This document shows positions 26,319 to 39,246 of a DNA stretch of 64,000 bases, in pieces (position 1 is the first letter of the stretch; every line of letters starts with the position of its first letter). Location of the stretch: the NCBI RefSeq assembly GCF_006345805.1, contig NC_043013.1, positions 33,170,001-33,234,000 on the forward strand, given 5' to 3'. The DNA is from Octopus sinensis (lineage: Eukaryota). The notes below the pieces were generated by a model that saw nothing but the letters and a program-made list of their open reading frames with translations, searched no databases and had not been told where the DNA came from. The translations under genes and the position numbers were made by a program.

Positions 26319-26635
26319 CCGAGACCCCCTTCGGTTACGAATGATTATGGGATTGCACCTAGAAAGTTACCCTCCAAGGCACAAGTCCAGGCAAGGTTGT
26401 TTATGGAAGACCAGCAGTCGCCCATGCATACCAGTTTTATCCGAGGGAAAGGCAAAGGCCGATACAGCTTGGCACCAGTGACTTCGTAACTCATTTCTAC
26501 ACCTGAATGAACTGAAGCAACGTAAAATAAAGTATCCTGCTTCAGAACACAACACGCAGCCCGGTCCGGGATTCGAACACACAACTTCACAGTCGTAAGT
26601 TCGACGCTCTAACCACTGAGCTATGCGCCTTCCAC
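26319..26635 (-). mobile_element. Complete tRNA-Arg-like SINE (family 'C') with 13-bp target-site duplication
   Basis: Minus head gcgcatagctcagtggttagagcgtcgaacttacgac...gttcgaatccc (ACG anticodon loop); TSD catgaaaaggact at 26306-26318 and 26636-26648. Confidence 0.9.
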
Positions 26636-27140
26636 CATGAAAAGGACTATTGAGTATCTTACTTACAAACTAATTTCTATTTTATTCACAAAGCTAGCTA
26701 ACTTGCGAGGGGATTGTAGATTACATCGATTTCACTACTGGACCTATATTTAACTTCGTCGATCCCGGAAGAAAGAAGGGCAAAAACTGAGCTTAGTATG
26801 CAGAAAACCAAAGCAAATAACACAAGGCACTTTATCCGGGCCCTACAAATTCTCCTAGTTCGCCTCCTTCTTTATTACCTTTTAATTGTAAATGCATTTT
26901 ATGCTTTCGATATATTTACAATTGCTCTTAATCTCATTTCTTAACCATTGTCATGGTAGTCTTTTCTTCAATTTTTTTGCCTATGTTATTTTTATTATAC
27001 TTTTGGTAGAATGGTAACACGCCTGTCATATTCGGTGATGATGTAGTTTCAGGTTCCACAGGCAGCCTTCAAGACGGCAACCTGGAAGAATCGCTAGCGT
27101 GTCGGAAAAATACTTAGCGGCAATTCTTCCGACATTTTAC

Positions 27141-27198
<58 letters not shown>

Positions 27199-27200
<2 letters not shown>

Positions 27201-27442
27201 TGTTGAGAGGGATTCTTTGGAGGTTTGAATAATTCACCTCTGGAAACATGGGTGGTCCCCACCTGCAAGCTCATGTGTTGTTTATCTTGATATGAGCTCA
27301 CCATGTCGCGCACTTATGGTTGTGATGTTGTGCCTAGTGTACCCTTATCAGACGGGTAGTCATGATGGTTATACTGGGCTTCGTATGTTTGTACCCCAGT
27401 GTCACTTTGATAGCATGCACTCTCTCACTCAATCACTCGCTC
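27199..27442 (+). mobile_element. 5'-truncated, internally deleted copy of (AAT)n-tailed element 'D'
   Basis: Matches the 3' half of 57832-58382; (AAT)n on both sides. Confidence 0.8.
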
Positions 27443-27505
<63 letters not shown>

Positions 27506-27609
27506 CCTTTCTGCTAGAGGCACAAGGAGGAAATTTGAGGAAGGAAACAAGTCGATTACATCGACTTCAAAAGGATGAAAAGTAAAGATTCTTTTCTTTT
27601 CCAACAGTC

Positions 27610-27835
27610 GATGAGCTGGTACAATGTTGGCACGCCGAGTTAAATGCTTAGTGTCATTACGTCCGTTCTGAGTTCAAATTCCGCCGAGGAGGTCGACTTT
27701 GCTTTTTATCCTTTCCGGATCGATAAATTAAGTACCAGTCAAGTATTGGAGTCGTTGATCATGTACTCGTCTAGCACTCTCCTCCAAATTTCAGGCCAGT
27801 GTCACTTTGATGTCATTCACTGCTCTCTCACTCAA
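27610..27835 (+). mobile_element. SINE 'B' followed by the 3' tip of element 'D'
   Basis: gagttcaaattccgccgagg...aagtaccag; then cagtgtcactttgat...ctctctcactc(aat)n. Confidence 0.75.
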
Positions 27836-29048
27836 TAATAATAATAGTTATTGTTATTACATTTAGAATCAAATATCTCATCATCCATTGAGTTAAAATT
27901 TTTTCGAAGTTGGGGTGACAGTTATACATCACTAATTAATAACTACGTTAGTATTATCCCAAGTTAAAGTCATCAGATAATATATTAAATATGCACAACT
28001 ATATACACACATACCCTCTCACACATATACACACATACGTGTATGTACATTCAGCTATCTATTAGCATATATATATGAGTGTGTGTGTCTATGTGTATGT
28101 TTGTGTGTGAGCATGCAAGTATGTATATAAGTGTACACAGACAGGTAGACACGCACAGACACTCACATATACAAATACAAACACGCACACAATCACATAT
28201 ACTTGAGAAAACACCAGCCACCATCTATGGGAAGGAGGACGAGGAAAACCAGCAAGAAGGCAACAACTTCAGCGAAACAAAGCATGTATAAGACAAGTTG
28301 TTTTGTTTTGAACTGTAGAGGAAGACTGGATTGGAGAATTGTAATTCGAAGAGGAGACCATCTGAAATAGTACAGGAACTTATTTCAAAACGCAGAGGTT
28401 GCGTGATATAAAAGAAGTAGTTAATGAAATCTTGGCTTCCCAGTTCCAGAAAAACAAAAACAAAAACAAAAACAAAAAACAAAAAGAAAAATCATAAAAA
28501 TTTAAAAAATAATATCAGAGAGCAGAAGAGTATCCATGTCAGTTATATATCTTTCTGCTGTTCTTTAATTAAATCATCACTTGGTTTCATACAAATGAGG
28601 GGCGAGTAATTTTTGTGAAGTGGAATCACGGAAGCATCGAAAGAATTTTTTTTATTAACATCATGATGCTCAACAATTGTTGTTGTTGCTTTTATTATTA
28701 TTGATATTATTATTTGTTCAAATGTTTGTGCTATAATTACTAATTTTTTAATGTTTTTTTTTGCCTTTTAAAAGTATTTATCCCCACCACGCCATTTTAT
28801 TTTTGCTCATCTTTTCCCAGATTTAATAATGAATTATTTGTCTTTTAACACCCTCTCCACGAACAAAAAAAAATGCTTTAAAAGCTACGACTAATGTGTG
28901 ATATTAGCGCCAACCTATCTAAACACGAATTAACACATGCTAAAGTATTCATTAAATCGAAAACAAACAGGGTTATCATCCACACACACACACTCACATA
29001 TATGTACGTATATTGATACATACATACATACATACATACATACATACA

Positions 29049-29079
<31 letters not shown>

Positions 29080-29449
29080 GTGCGTAGAAGTGTATATTAG
29101 TGTTTGAGGATAGGTGTGAGTATATGTGGATGTATGTGTGCGTTTGGAAAAGGAAAAAAGAACGAAAGAAAACTAAATTATGAAGACAAAAAGCGCTCCG
29201 CTTCCCACTAAAACGAGCATATAATCTCAAATTTCTAAAGCGCATCAGGAGAGAAAACAAATGCTACTTTAAACATTTCGAATGAAGTTGCGTGCTAGCA
29301 ACAATGTTATTTGCATACATACATACATACATACATACATACATACATACATACATACATACATACATACATACTACATACATACATGCATTTTATACAC
29401 ACACAGACACATATATATGTATAGAAATATGTACATATTTACGTACATA

Positions 29450-29535
<86 letters not shown>

Positions 29536-29908
29536 TATATATATTTATATTTATATATATATATATATATATATTGTCTTAAAAGCCTGGAACAAACACC
29601 TTTTAAAGGTGGAAAGGAAAAAAATTGCAAAAAACCCCACAAAAACATGAGAGAACAATATTATTGATGATGTTCTCTGTAAAACGAAAAATTAAAAAAA
29701 AGATAAACAACTCTAAGAAGTCGTTAATTATTTCAAATGATAAAACTAATATAAATATATAGTTATCTGTTGTAAAAAAAAAATGGTTTTCAGGAATAAG
29801 AAACAGCAATACATTGCATGTGATGGAGACTAAATGTTTTTTGAAATGTTGAGTACGTAGATGAGAGAATATAATGGACAGGGAGAAGACCCTCTCTGTC
29901 ATATATAA

Positions 29909-29959
<51 letters not shown>

Positions 29960-30742
29960 TGTGTGTGTGTGTGTCTGTGTATGTATATATATATATATGC
30001 ATGTGTGTGTATGTATACCTGTGTGTGTGTTTTTCTGCATGCAGATTTCTGTGTGTGCATGTGTGAGGTGAGTGTGTGCTGGGCTGTGTAGATATTTATC
30101 AGTCTATCTCACTATTTACTAATCTATCTCGATTTTACAGTTGTAGTAATTATGTATAAAGAGAAAAAAGCGACGGAGATAAATCAAAAGACATGAATTG
30201 CATGATGAAGAATAAAATACTTGGGAAAGTGGTAAGGTACAACCAAAATACGAAAAAAGCAGAGATTGATGTGCTTTGTGTATGTGTGTGTGTGTATGTG
30301 TATGCGTGCTTGTGTGCCTGTGTGTCTTAGAGAAAGTTGAGAGAGGTAAGCGATAGACGATGTTTAAGAGGAGAGACGAAAGTATATGGAAAAATAGCGA
30401 TATTTTTTTTGGAATAGATGCTTTGTAGTAGCCTACTAAAAGAGAAACGATGGAAACAATTAGAGTAAGATAAGTTATTGAGAAAACAAGGTAAAGCTGG
30501 AGCCTTGTGTCGTACTGAAATATATAGAACTCGAATGAAAAATAATGAAATATGTTATTGGTGTGTGAAATTTTTTTTATCTTCCCGCTGTTCGAAAATG
30601 AAGCTGATATGAGATGTACTGAAAAATTAGTACAATGTTTTTTCAGGGAAATCTTATATTCTCACCACTCCGTACTCTCAAGTTTCTTTCCACAGGTATG
30701 CATGTATGTATGTATGTATGTATGTATGTATGTATGTATGTG

Positions 30743-30773
<31 letters not shown>

Positions 30774-30774
30774 C

Positions 30775-30833
<59 letters not shown>

Positions 30834-30849
30834 AGACACGCCGACTGAT

Positions 30850-31058
30850 AGAGGCTGGTTGCCATGGCGTATTTATTTTCCTTCTGGACGGGACGCCGGT
30901 CCGTCGCAAGATTACTCATTTGTACCGGCTGAGTGGACTGGAGCTTTGTGTTATGAAGTATTTTGCTGAAAGACACAACGTTTTGCTCGATCCAGGAACC
31001 GAAACCACAGTCTTATGATCATGAGCCCAACAACCTAACCACTAAGCCACGCACTTCC
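30850..31058 (-). mobile_element. tRNA-derived SINE sharing the central gctgagtggactggagc domain with family 'C'
   Basis: Minus head ggcttagtggttaggttgttgggctcatgatc...ggtttcggttcctgg; shared central domain. Confidence 0.7.
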
Positions 31059-31733
31059 ACAAACAGCCACAGTTTTCATCGCAGAGAAATCATATTGCCT
31101 GCTTAAGAAAATAGGACAAAAAAAACCCCCAATTATATTTACATTTTGCTCATTTACTACCTCGACAATTTTGTCGTACTTCTGCGACCTTATCACTGAC
31201 ATAATTTCATTGCAGCTGTTGAAACTCAATTTTTGGTAAGTTCTTTTATAAGCCTCACAGGAATTACTTTCTTTATGTTCTCTTCCACTTTTGCTTAATC
31301 GTGGACGCGTCTTCTTCACTATTCCTCATATTTGAGCTTTTGTCACTTTGGCCTTTATTTACTCTCAGATTAGATTCTCTAAATTCTCTTCCTATTAATA
31401 TTGTATATTTATTTATCAATTCATTATCGTTATTATTCATTGTTTCCTGCGAAGTCTACTCACAATTAGTACTTTTCCCCCATGAGGGTTGCTTTTCAAC
31501 GTTTGGAGACGTCGTTCACTATGCATATATATTTTCTCTCAAATTATGTTTGAATTCTTTGTTTATATTATAAGAATATTAATGTTATTTCTGCTAAGTT
31601 GATGTGTTTAACTCTAATGGTAATCAAAAAACAAACAACAAATAAAACATTTAGATAAATGAAAAATACAATACATTAAACTGTTGGTATTTATAGACAT
31701 ATATACTTTCCTGTGCGTACGTCAATCTGTCTG

Positions 31734-31826
<93 letters not shown>

Positions 31827-31884
31827 CATCTATCTATCTATCTATCTGTCTGTCTGTCTATCTGTCTGTCTACATATATATATA

Positions 31885-31926
<42 letters not shown>

Positions 31927-32249
31927 ATATTATATGATTGAGCGCCACGTAAGTTTTATCTTAATAATTCTGATGCGCACTCTATACGATCTTTTTACTC
32001 ATTTGTTTTTTTCTCTCTCTCTCTCTTATTCTTTTATCTCCCTTCTCGCACTATTCTATCCTATTACTCTGTCACTCTCTCACCCTCACTTCTCTTCCTT
32101 TGCTTATGTGGTTTCAACGTGACCACCGGCCATCTTTCTTTCTTCTCATTACTTGTGTTTCTTTCTTTCTCTCCGTTGTCGCTAGAACAAGGAAGACGTG
32201 TTCTTGTCTGTTTCCTGTCCACGTTTGACTTATGCCTTCACCACTACAA

Positions 32250-32282
32250 CCTCGTTGGGACATGGGACAAATACAAACAAAA

Positions 32283-32313
<31 letters not shown>

Positions 32314-32475
32314 CAACATGCTTCTTACAGTTTCTGTCTACCAAATCCACTCACAAGGATTTGATCAGCCTGAGGCTATAGTAGAAGACCGTTGCTCAAG
32401 GTGCTACGCAGTGGGATTGAACCCTGGACCATGTGGTTGGGAGGCAAGCTTCCTATACACAGCCACCCCTGCGCC
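32250..32475 (-). mobile_element. SINE family 'A', 5' half
   Basis: gtctaccaaatccactcacaagg...gaggctatagtagaagac...cgcagtgggattgaacc. Confidence 0.8.
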
Positions 32476-32979
32476 AAAAGCATGCGTTCTCATGCCGGGA
32501 GTCGAACCCGGACTGCCTGGGGTGTGTGTATATGTTTTTTTATCGTGAATTTATTCATGGAATATACTATTTTATCTAAACCTTGTAGCTGACATTTAGC
32601 TGCGTATTCTCCCCACTTCATACTGAAATGTCCTTCTATCTTCCGAATTGAATATTTAATATTTTTTTCAGGGAGATTTCAACATGGTCATTGCTGTCAA
32701 CTTAACGGGCATTTTGTAATTCTTATTTTGTAAATGATATATGAATTTTGAGTTACACACGTTGCGATATTTGTACAAGTGTACGCGTCAAAATGTTAGA
32801 ACTTAATGATTGTCAATCTGACTGATAAATTCGGTGTGGCAGTTTTTATGCTTGTAGTTTTTGCTCATATCACTTCTTTGTAGTCAGGCACACGGTTAAA
32901 AGGCACTCTGTTACCTCTACAGTTATGCTTGCAATTATACTCTTCTTGTGCTAGCTTACTGCATTCTCTGCCGTGATGT

Positions 32980-33056
32980 TTAGTAGAAGTAGCAGTGGTG
33001 GTGGTGGTGGTGGTGGTGGTGGTGGTAGTAGTAATAGTAGTAGTATAAGTAGTATC

Positions 33057-33136
<80 letters not shown>

Positions 33137-33155
33137 TAGTAGCAGCAGCAGCAGT
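32980..33155. repeat. Compound (GGT)n(AGT)n(ATT)n microsatellite
   Basis: Direct reading. Confidence 0.9.
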
Positions 33156-33570
33156 AGATCTTACGAGTATTGATCCGTAAATTATGAGATTGGTGATGCT
33201 TTCTGCGTGGGTTATGTTGATGATGGTGATGATTATGATTATGATAGGAAGATCTTTTAGCTTTATTAGGAAGCAAAATAACAGGCAGTTTTGTTAAAGA
33301 AAAATCCGATTAGTTTATATTTGTATAAACTTTATAGATCTACAAAAGTGTAAGGCAACTGGAATTTGTATCACAAACATACAATTCTGCACATCTTACT
33401 TTCCCTAATGGTGTTATTGATTCTCTTCTTTTAATTAAGAAACGTTTCTTCTTGTTGCTCATTTACCGAGGGAAGGTACAATACATTTAAATGAAAGTCA
33501 GTCAACTTTAGTTGTTTTACTTTAGAATGCCTGTTAGCATTTATTAATCATATCGTCTACTGTTTTAGAC

Positions 33571-33653
<83 letters not shown>

Positions 33654-34190
33654 TTTGTGCGTGTGTGTGTCTGTGTGTCTGTGTTTGTGTGTGTATGTGT
33701 CAAAATGTCACATATATACAATGGACGAATGAAGATTTATTTCAGCGAACTTACTGAATTGGGATTTTAATTGTTGATAGTTCTGTACCAATCAATCATT
33801 TGCTTGCTAGTTTTCCAGCTCCCAAAGTACTAGATGTATTAGAATTAAGATTTTCCAGAGGGAGATTCATACTAGGGTTAAAAGAATATAAATTTGGCGA
33901 GTTTTTCAACGGAATACACAAAAAAAACTGCTTGTGTATAAAAAAATAGCAAGAAAAAGCAAAAACAAAACAACAAACAAAGAAACACACCGAAAGCAAA
34001 AAACAAAAACACCAGATTAATTATGAGAGAATTGTAGATGTACATGTATTTACAATAAAGTGGTTCAATGATAGTAGTGTCATGTTCGTCCACAAATCCA
34101 ATGCGGTTTCGATCCCTAATTAAAAAACGTTCATTATGCTTACTTATTTCATATACACTTAACTCTTTTACTATTTTACTAGTTGCAATC

Positions 34191-34399
34191 ATTTAACTGC
34201 GGCCAAGCTGGAGTACCACCTTTAGCCGAACAAATCAACCCTAGGATCTATTTTATGTAAGCCTAGTACTTATTCTTTTGACGAACCGCTACATTACGGG
34301 GACGTAAACACACCAGCATCGGTTGTCAAGCGATGTTGGGGGAACGAACACACACATAAACATATCTACCCACAGACATATGTGTATATATATTTATAC

Positions 34400-34435
<36 letters not shown>

Positions 34436-34444
34436 ATATATATA

Positions 34445-34479
<35 letters not shown>

Positions 34480-34642
34480 CGACGAGCTTGTTTCAGTTTT
34501 CGTCTACCAAATCCACTTACAAGGCATTAGACAGTCCGAGGCTATAGCAGAAAACACTTGCCCAAGGTGCCACGCAGAGGGACTGAACCCGGAACCATAT
34601 GGTTGGCAAGCAAGCTAGTTATCACACAGCCACGCCTTCGCG
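34191..34642 (-). mobile_element. Near-complete SINE family 'A' with internal (TA)n
   Basis: Reverse complement of the 41063-41432 copy, with the microsatellite expanded internally. Confidence 0.85.
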
Positions 34643-34852
34643 TATAATAATGATTATATTTACTATTCTCGTGTAATGCCACCTAGATGGCCGTTAATTA
34701 TAAAAGGCGGTTTACTTCCGGGTTCTGCTTCACTGCGTGGCACCGTCAGCAAGCGTCTTCTATTATAGCTTCGTGCCTAAGAAACCGTTGCAAGTGGATT
34801 AGATAGACAGAGATACATAAAAAATTAAACGATTACCTTATGAACTTCATTT

Positions 34853-34972
34853 GCTAACAGCTGTTTCCACTATGAGTGATAATGTAACATTTTACAGTTT
34901 TATCAGAGCCTCAAAGATGAAGGCACTCAACTATGAGTCCACTGCACCTTATAGTCGAAACAGATGTAAGCT
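34853..34972. ncRNA. Decayed head-to-head pair of hammerhead-like motifs
   Basis: Minus 34909-34853: GCU-CUGAUAA-A-ACUGU...AUAGU-G-GAAA-CAGCUG-UU/AGC; plus 34930-34971: ACUAU...AUAGU-C-GAAA-CAGAUG-UA/AGC with no core. Confidence 0.4.
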
Positions 34973-35805
34973 AATGAATTTCATAAAATAATCGTTTTAT
35001 TTCTTCTTATCATATATATAAATATATAGTAAAAACATAAGATCTTCAACGATATATATTACTCTGCACGTGTTTCCTATAGTTCAGTAAATTGCATCCA
35101 TTGTACATTGAGTCTTGCTTGATTAATCGATTCAATAGTTGATCGATTAATCAACTTAGCTTAATTTACATAACGTACTTAAAAGGGTATTCGGCTGCAT
35201 TTGTCTCCGTCATAAATATGCCTCTGTGTGTGTGTGTATGTTTATATGTATGTATGCGTCTCATTTTACTTCATTACTAAAAAGCATTTCATGAATTTCC
35301 GTACTTCTGTATTTCGTGGGTCTCCTGTTTGACTTGTGTTGTAATATAAAGTATTCGGCATATTTGAGCTGCTTTCTGTCCTTCGTAATTCTTGCATAAC
35401 TACTGCCTTGGTAGATTTTAATTCTGGTATGAATTGACATTGTTGGATCACGTCTCTCAAGCTGTATTCAAAAAGCGTAGCGAGTGATTATATTCTTTGC
35501 TTTAGACTAACCGCGCTAGATTAAATTTGTTTTTAGAAGTCTTTAGTGGTTAGAAGTAAATAACAATTATTGTCTCAATTGTCACGTCTCTCAAATTTGA
35601 TTATTATATTACCAGCAAGTTTTGTACAAATTTACTGTGTTCCAAGGTGAACTGTACGTTGCTTATTTTATCAATTAGTGTTTTGAAATTCTGAAGTTAG
35701 TGAAGACTCTGGGTCCAGGGTGAAAGAGTTCTAATTTACGTAAAACGTATACGAGCCCGATATCATCTAAATTATTCGCATATACCATCTAAATTATTCA
35801 TATAT

Positions 35806-35934
35806 TCACTGCTTGGAATCGAAATCGGAATCTTGGGGTTAGTAGCCCGCGCTCTTAACCACTACGCATATAGCGTAGGGATTAAGGACGCGGGCTGCTA
35901 ACCCCAAGATTCCGAGTTCGATTCCAAGCAGTGA
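35806..35934. mobile_element. Head-to-head inverted duplication of a tRNA-like (Pol III) head, 62-bp arms
   Basis: Arms 35806-35867 and 35873-35934 around atata; A-box-like gcgtagtgg, anticodon-like stem-loop gggct(a/g)ctaaccc, B box gttcgattcc. Confidence 0.85.
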
Positions 35935-35939
35935 CCTCA

Positions 35940-35993
<54 letters not shown>

Positions 35994-35996
<3 letters not shown>

Positions 35997-38078
35997 TAAT
36001 CGTATGATCCTTGAGAACTGTCACAACAAGCGCAGAAATCTCAGCTCCGCATGGATTGACTATAAAAAGGCCTTCGACAGTATACCGCATCCATGGATCT
36101 TGAGATCGCTGGACATCTTCAAAATTTCCCCTGTGGTTTCAAGCTTCCTGAAGCACAATATGTCGTTGTGGAATACGAATCTCCAATTATACCACTCTAA
36201 TGGAGTACTTGCCTCAGAATATATAAACATCAACTGTGGAATTTTTCAAGGTGACTTACTGTCACCTTTAATATTCTGCATAGCCCTAATACCCCTTACA
36301 AGTGAATTAAACAGAACAGGGTATGGGTATAAAATTGCCAATAAAAAAATAAGCCTTCTATTTTATATGGATGACTTAAAACTCTTTGGTAAAGACAATA
36401 ATGAACTTGAAGGCCTATTGCGCACTGTGAAAGCATTCACCGATGACATCGGGATGGAGTTTGGGCTTGAGAAGTGTGCCAAGGCCACTTTCCAGAAAGG
36501 GAAAGTGAAGACCACAAATTCAGTCGTGTTAGATGTTGACACAGTCATAAGAGAGCTTGAGCAAGAACAAAACATACAAATATTTAGGGATAAATGAAGG
36601 CTCTGGTATTCAGCATGCAAGCATGAAAGAGAAGATCAGGAAGGAATGTTATAGGAGAGTTCGAGCAGTCCTGAAATCTGAACTAAATGCACGTAACAAG
36701 GTGTTAGCTATAAATTCCTTAGCAGTTCCAGTTGTTACTTATAACTACAATGGGTTGAACTGGAATATGAGTGAAGTAAAGGATATAGACAAGAAAATAC
36801 GCAAGCTGCTGAGTTGTAATAGGATGCACCGCCCAAAGGCAGACGTAGATCGCCTTTACCTTCCCAGAGCCCAAAGAGGTCGAGGCCTGATCCAATTTGA
36901 ACTAGCTTACAAAACAACCACAATTGGACTGGCCAAATATCTTGAAATAACGAATGACTGGATGCTAAAGCTCGTGGAAAATCACGAGAGACGAAAGAAG
37001 CTTCATTCTATCATAAAGGAAAGCAAAAAATTTGCTATTGATCTCTTGCAGGATACCCAAACTGAACAACCCAAGGGAAGTACGGCAACTATTGTTGCAA
37101 AGAAGGTGAAAAAAATGGCAACGAAAAAAGTGCACGAGCAATTGGCTGATAGGTGGGAGGAGAAACCTCTGCACGGCAAATATGTTGATGTTGACCTGAA
37201 GCAAACCCATCAGTGGCTACGGAGCTCAGGGCTAAAAGCAGAAAGCGAAGGTTTCATCCTGGCTGCTCAAGATCAAAGCCTATTAACCCGGAACTACCAG
37301 GCCAATGTAATGAAAAATGGAGCAGACCCAAAATGCCGATTCTGCAATGACATGATTGAAACAGTGGACCACCTAATCTCTGGATGTAAAGTCTTAGCAC
37401 CAGTGGAGTATAAATTAAGACATGACAGAGTTGGCCAATATCTACACTGGCTAATAAGTCGGCATTACAATATCAAAACTGCCGACAAGTGGTATAATCA
37501 CCACCCTGAAGCTGTAACTGAAGGAGAAAATGTAACGATTCTGTGGGACTTCCCAGTACATACAGAACGAACCATCAAAGCCAATAAACCGGATATTGTT
37601 GTGAAAGACAAAAACAATAAAGTTTGCTTATTGATCGACATGAGCATCCCCTGTGATCATAATATCTCGGCGAAAGAGTTTGACAAGCTCAGAAAATATA
37701 AAGACCTGCTCATTGAAATTGAGAAAATGTGGCATCTCAAGGCGGTTACAATACCAGTGATCGTAGGAGCACTAGGAATGATCGAGAAGGGAACCGAAAA
37801 TTATATGAGAATGATTCCTGGCTTACCGTCCCTGCAAGAAGTGCAAAAAATTGTCATAACTGTTACATCACACGTATTGAGAAGAGCATTGTCGATGTGA
37901 GAACTATTACTACCCATGTTGTAATAGTTTTTTTAACTTAAAAAAAAAAATGAACGAACTTTTAATTTAATTTAATTTAGTTTAGTTTAATGGCCTACCA
38001 ATATATACTATGAGTTTCCTTGCCCTAGGAGTCGGGAAGACACTCGGCAAGAAATGTAAGCAAATTTGAAAGAAGAAG
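35994..38078 (+). mobile_element. 5'-truncated R4/Dong-clade (RLE) non-LTR retrotransposon inserted in (AAT)n
   Basis: RT (WIDYKKAFDSIPH, GIFQGDLLSP, FYMDDLKLF, YKYLG), CCHC knuckle (CRFC..ETVDHLISGC), RHD, PD..D..K RLE motif (KPDIVV..LIDMSIP..KLRKY); (AAT)n at 35944-35993 and 38079-38102. Confidence 0.95.
36004..37900 (+). pseudogene. RT-RLE ORF of the Dong-like element, with one +1 frameshift
   Basis: ORFs 36004-36597 and 36557-37900 join if one A is removed from the run at 36569-36572. Confidence 0.9.
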
Positions 38079-38149
38079 ATAATAATAATAATAATAATAA
38101 TATCGAAAAATACCTTAGGAAGGAGAACCCACGTTCGAAATTTCCGCAA

Positions 38150-38195
38150 GACACTTGATGAAGGCTGGAGGGTGTATCAGCCGAAACGTTATGTT
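38150..38195 (+). ncRNA. Minimal hammerhead motif (U3.G8 core) in the tail following the Dong insertion
   Basis: GACAC-UUGAUGA-A-GGCUG-(10 nt)-CAGCC-GAAA-CG-UU/AUGUU: 5-bp helix II, ACGU helix III, helix I with its first pair mismatched. Confidence 0.6.
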
Positions 38196-38489
38196 AACAA
38201 CAAACAAAATGAGGACAAATATCGGTCAACTGTAAATAATGTAAATAATGTGCATAATTCTTCATCTCTTAAATATAGAACTGTAAATATAGTAGTACTA
38301 AAAAGATTTGAGGTGCCTAATTCTCCACCCCGAAGACTAAAGCTGGATTTACGGTAATGTTTATATGCAATGTTTATATACATACATACATACATACATA
38401 CATACATACATACATAAATACATACATACATACATACATACTTACATATATGTATGTGCATGTGTGTGTGTGTAGATGCATGGACTAAT

Positions 38490-38899
<410 letters not shown>

Positions 38900-38960
38900 A
38901 ATATATAATATATATATACCCACACATATATATGTAAATGCATTAAAATATACTCATATA

Positions 38961-39010
<50 letters not shown>

Positions 39011-39191
39011 CATTGAAATAGCATTTACTTCAAAGTTTCATCGGAATTCCATTAATAATAAATTATTATTTAGCTCTAGGGTTCTTATTGACTTCTTTAT
39101 CAGACAGGTGTTTAATATGGTTTTAATATCTCTGGATATACATACACATACAAACACACGCACACACACATATAAGTATATATACATGTAT

Positions 39192-39246
<55 letters not shown>

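Noticed and set aside
26560-26635. Functional tRNA genes at SINE heads (also 35873, 41063, 45380)
   Set aside because: No complete acceptor stem; each continues into a repeated SINE body.
33878-34192. WG-repeat-like IGFVDEHDTTIIEPLY in a minus ORF
   Set aside because: Single short resemblance, no second repeat, no supporting splice signals.
35306-35440. Minus-strand exon candidate (LRDVIQQCQF...)
   Set aside because: An alternative frame reads SIHTRIKIYQ.AVVM, resembling a decayed RTE RT segment.
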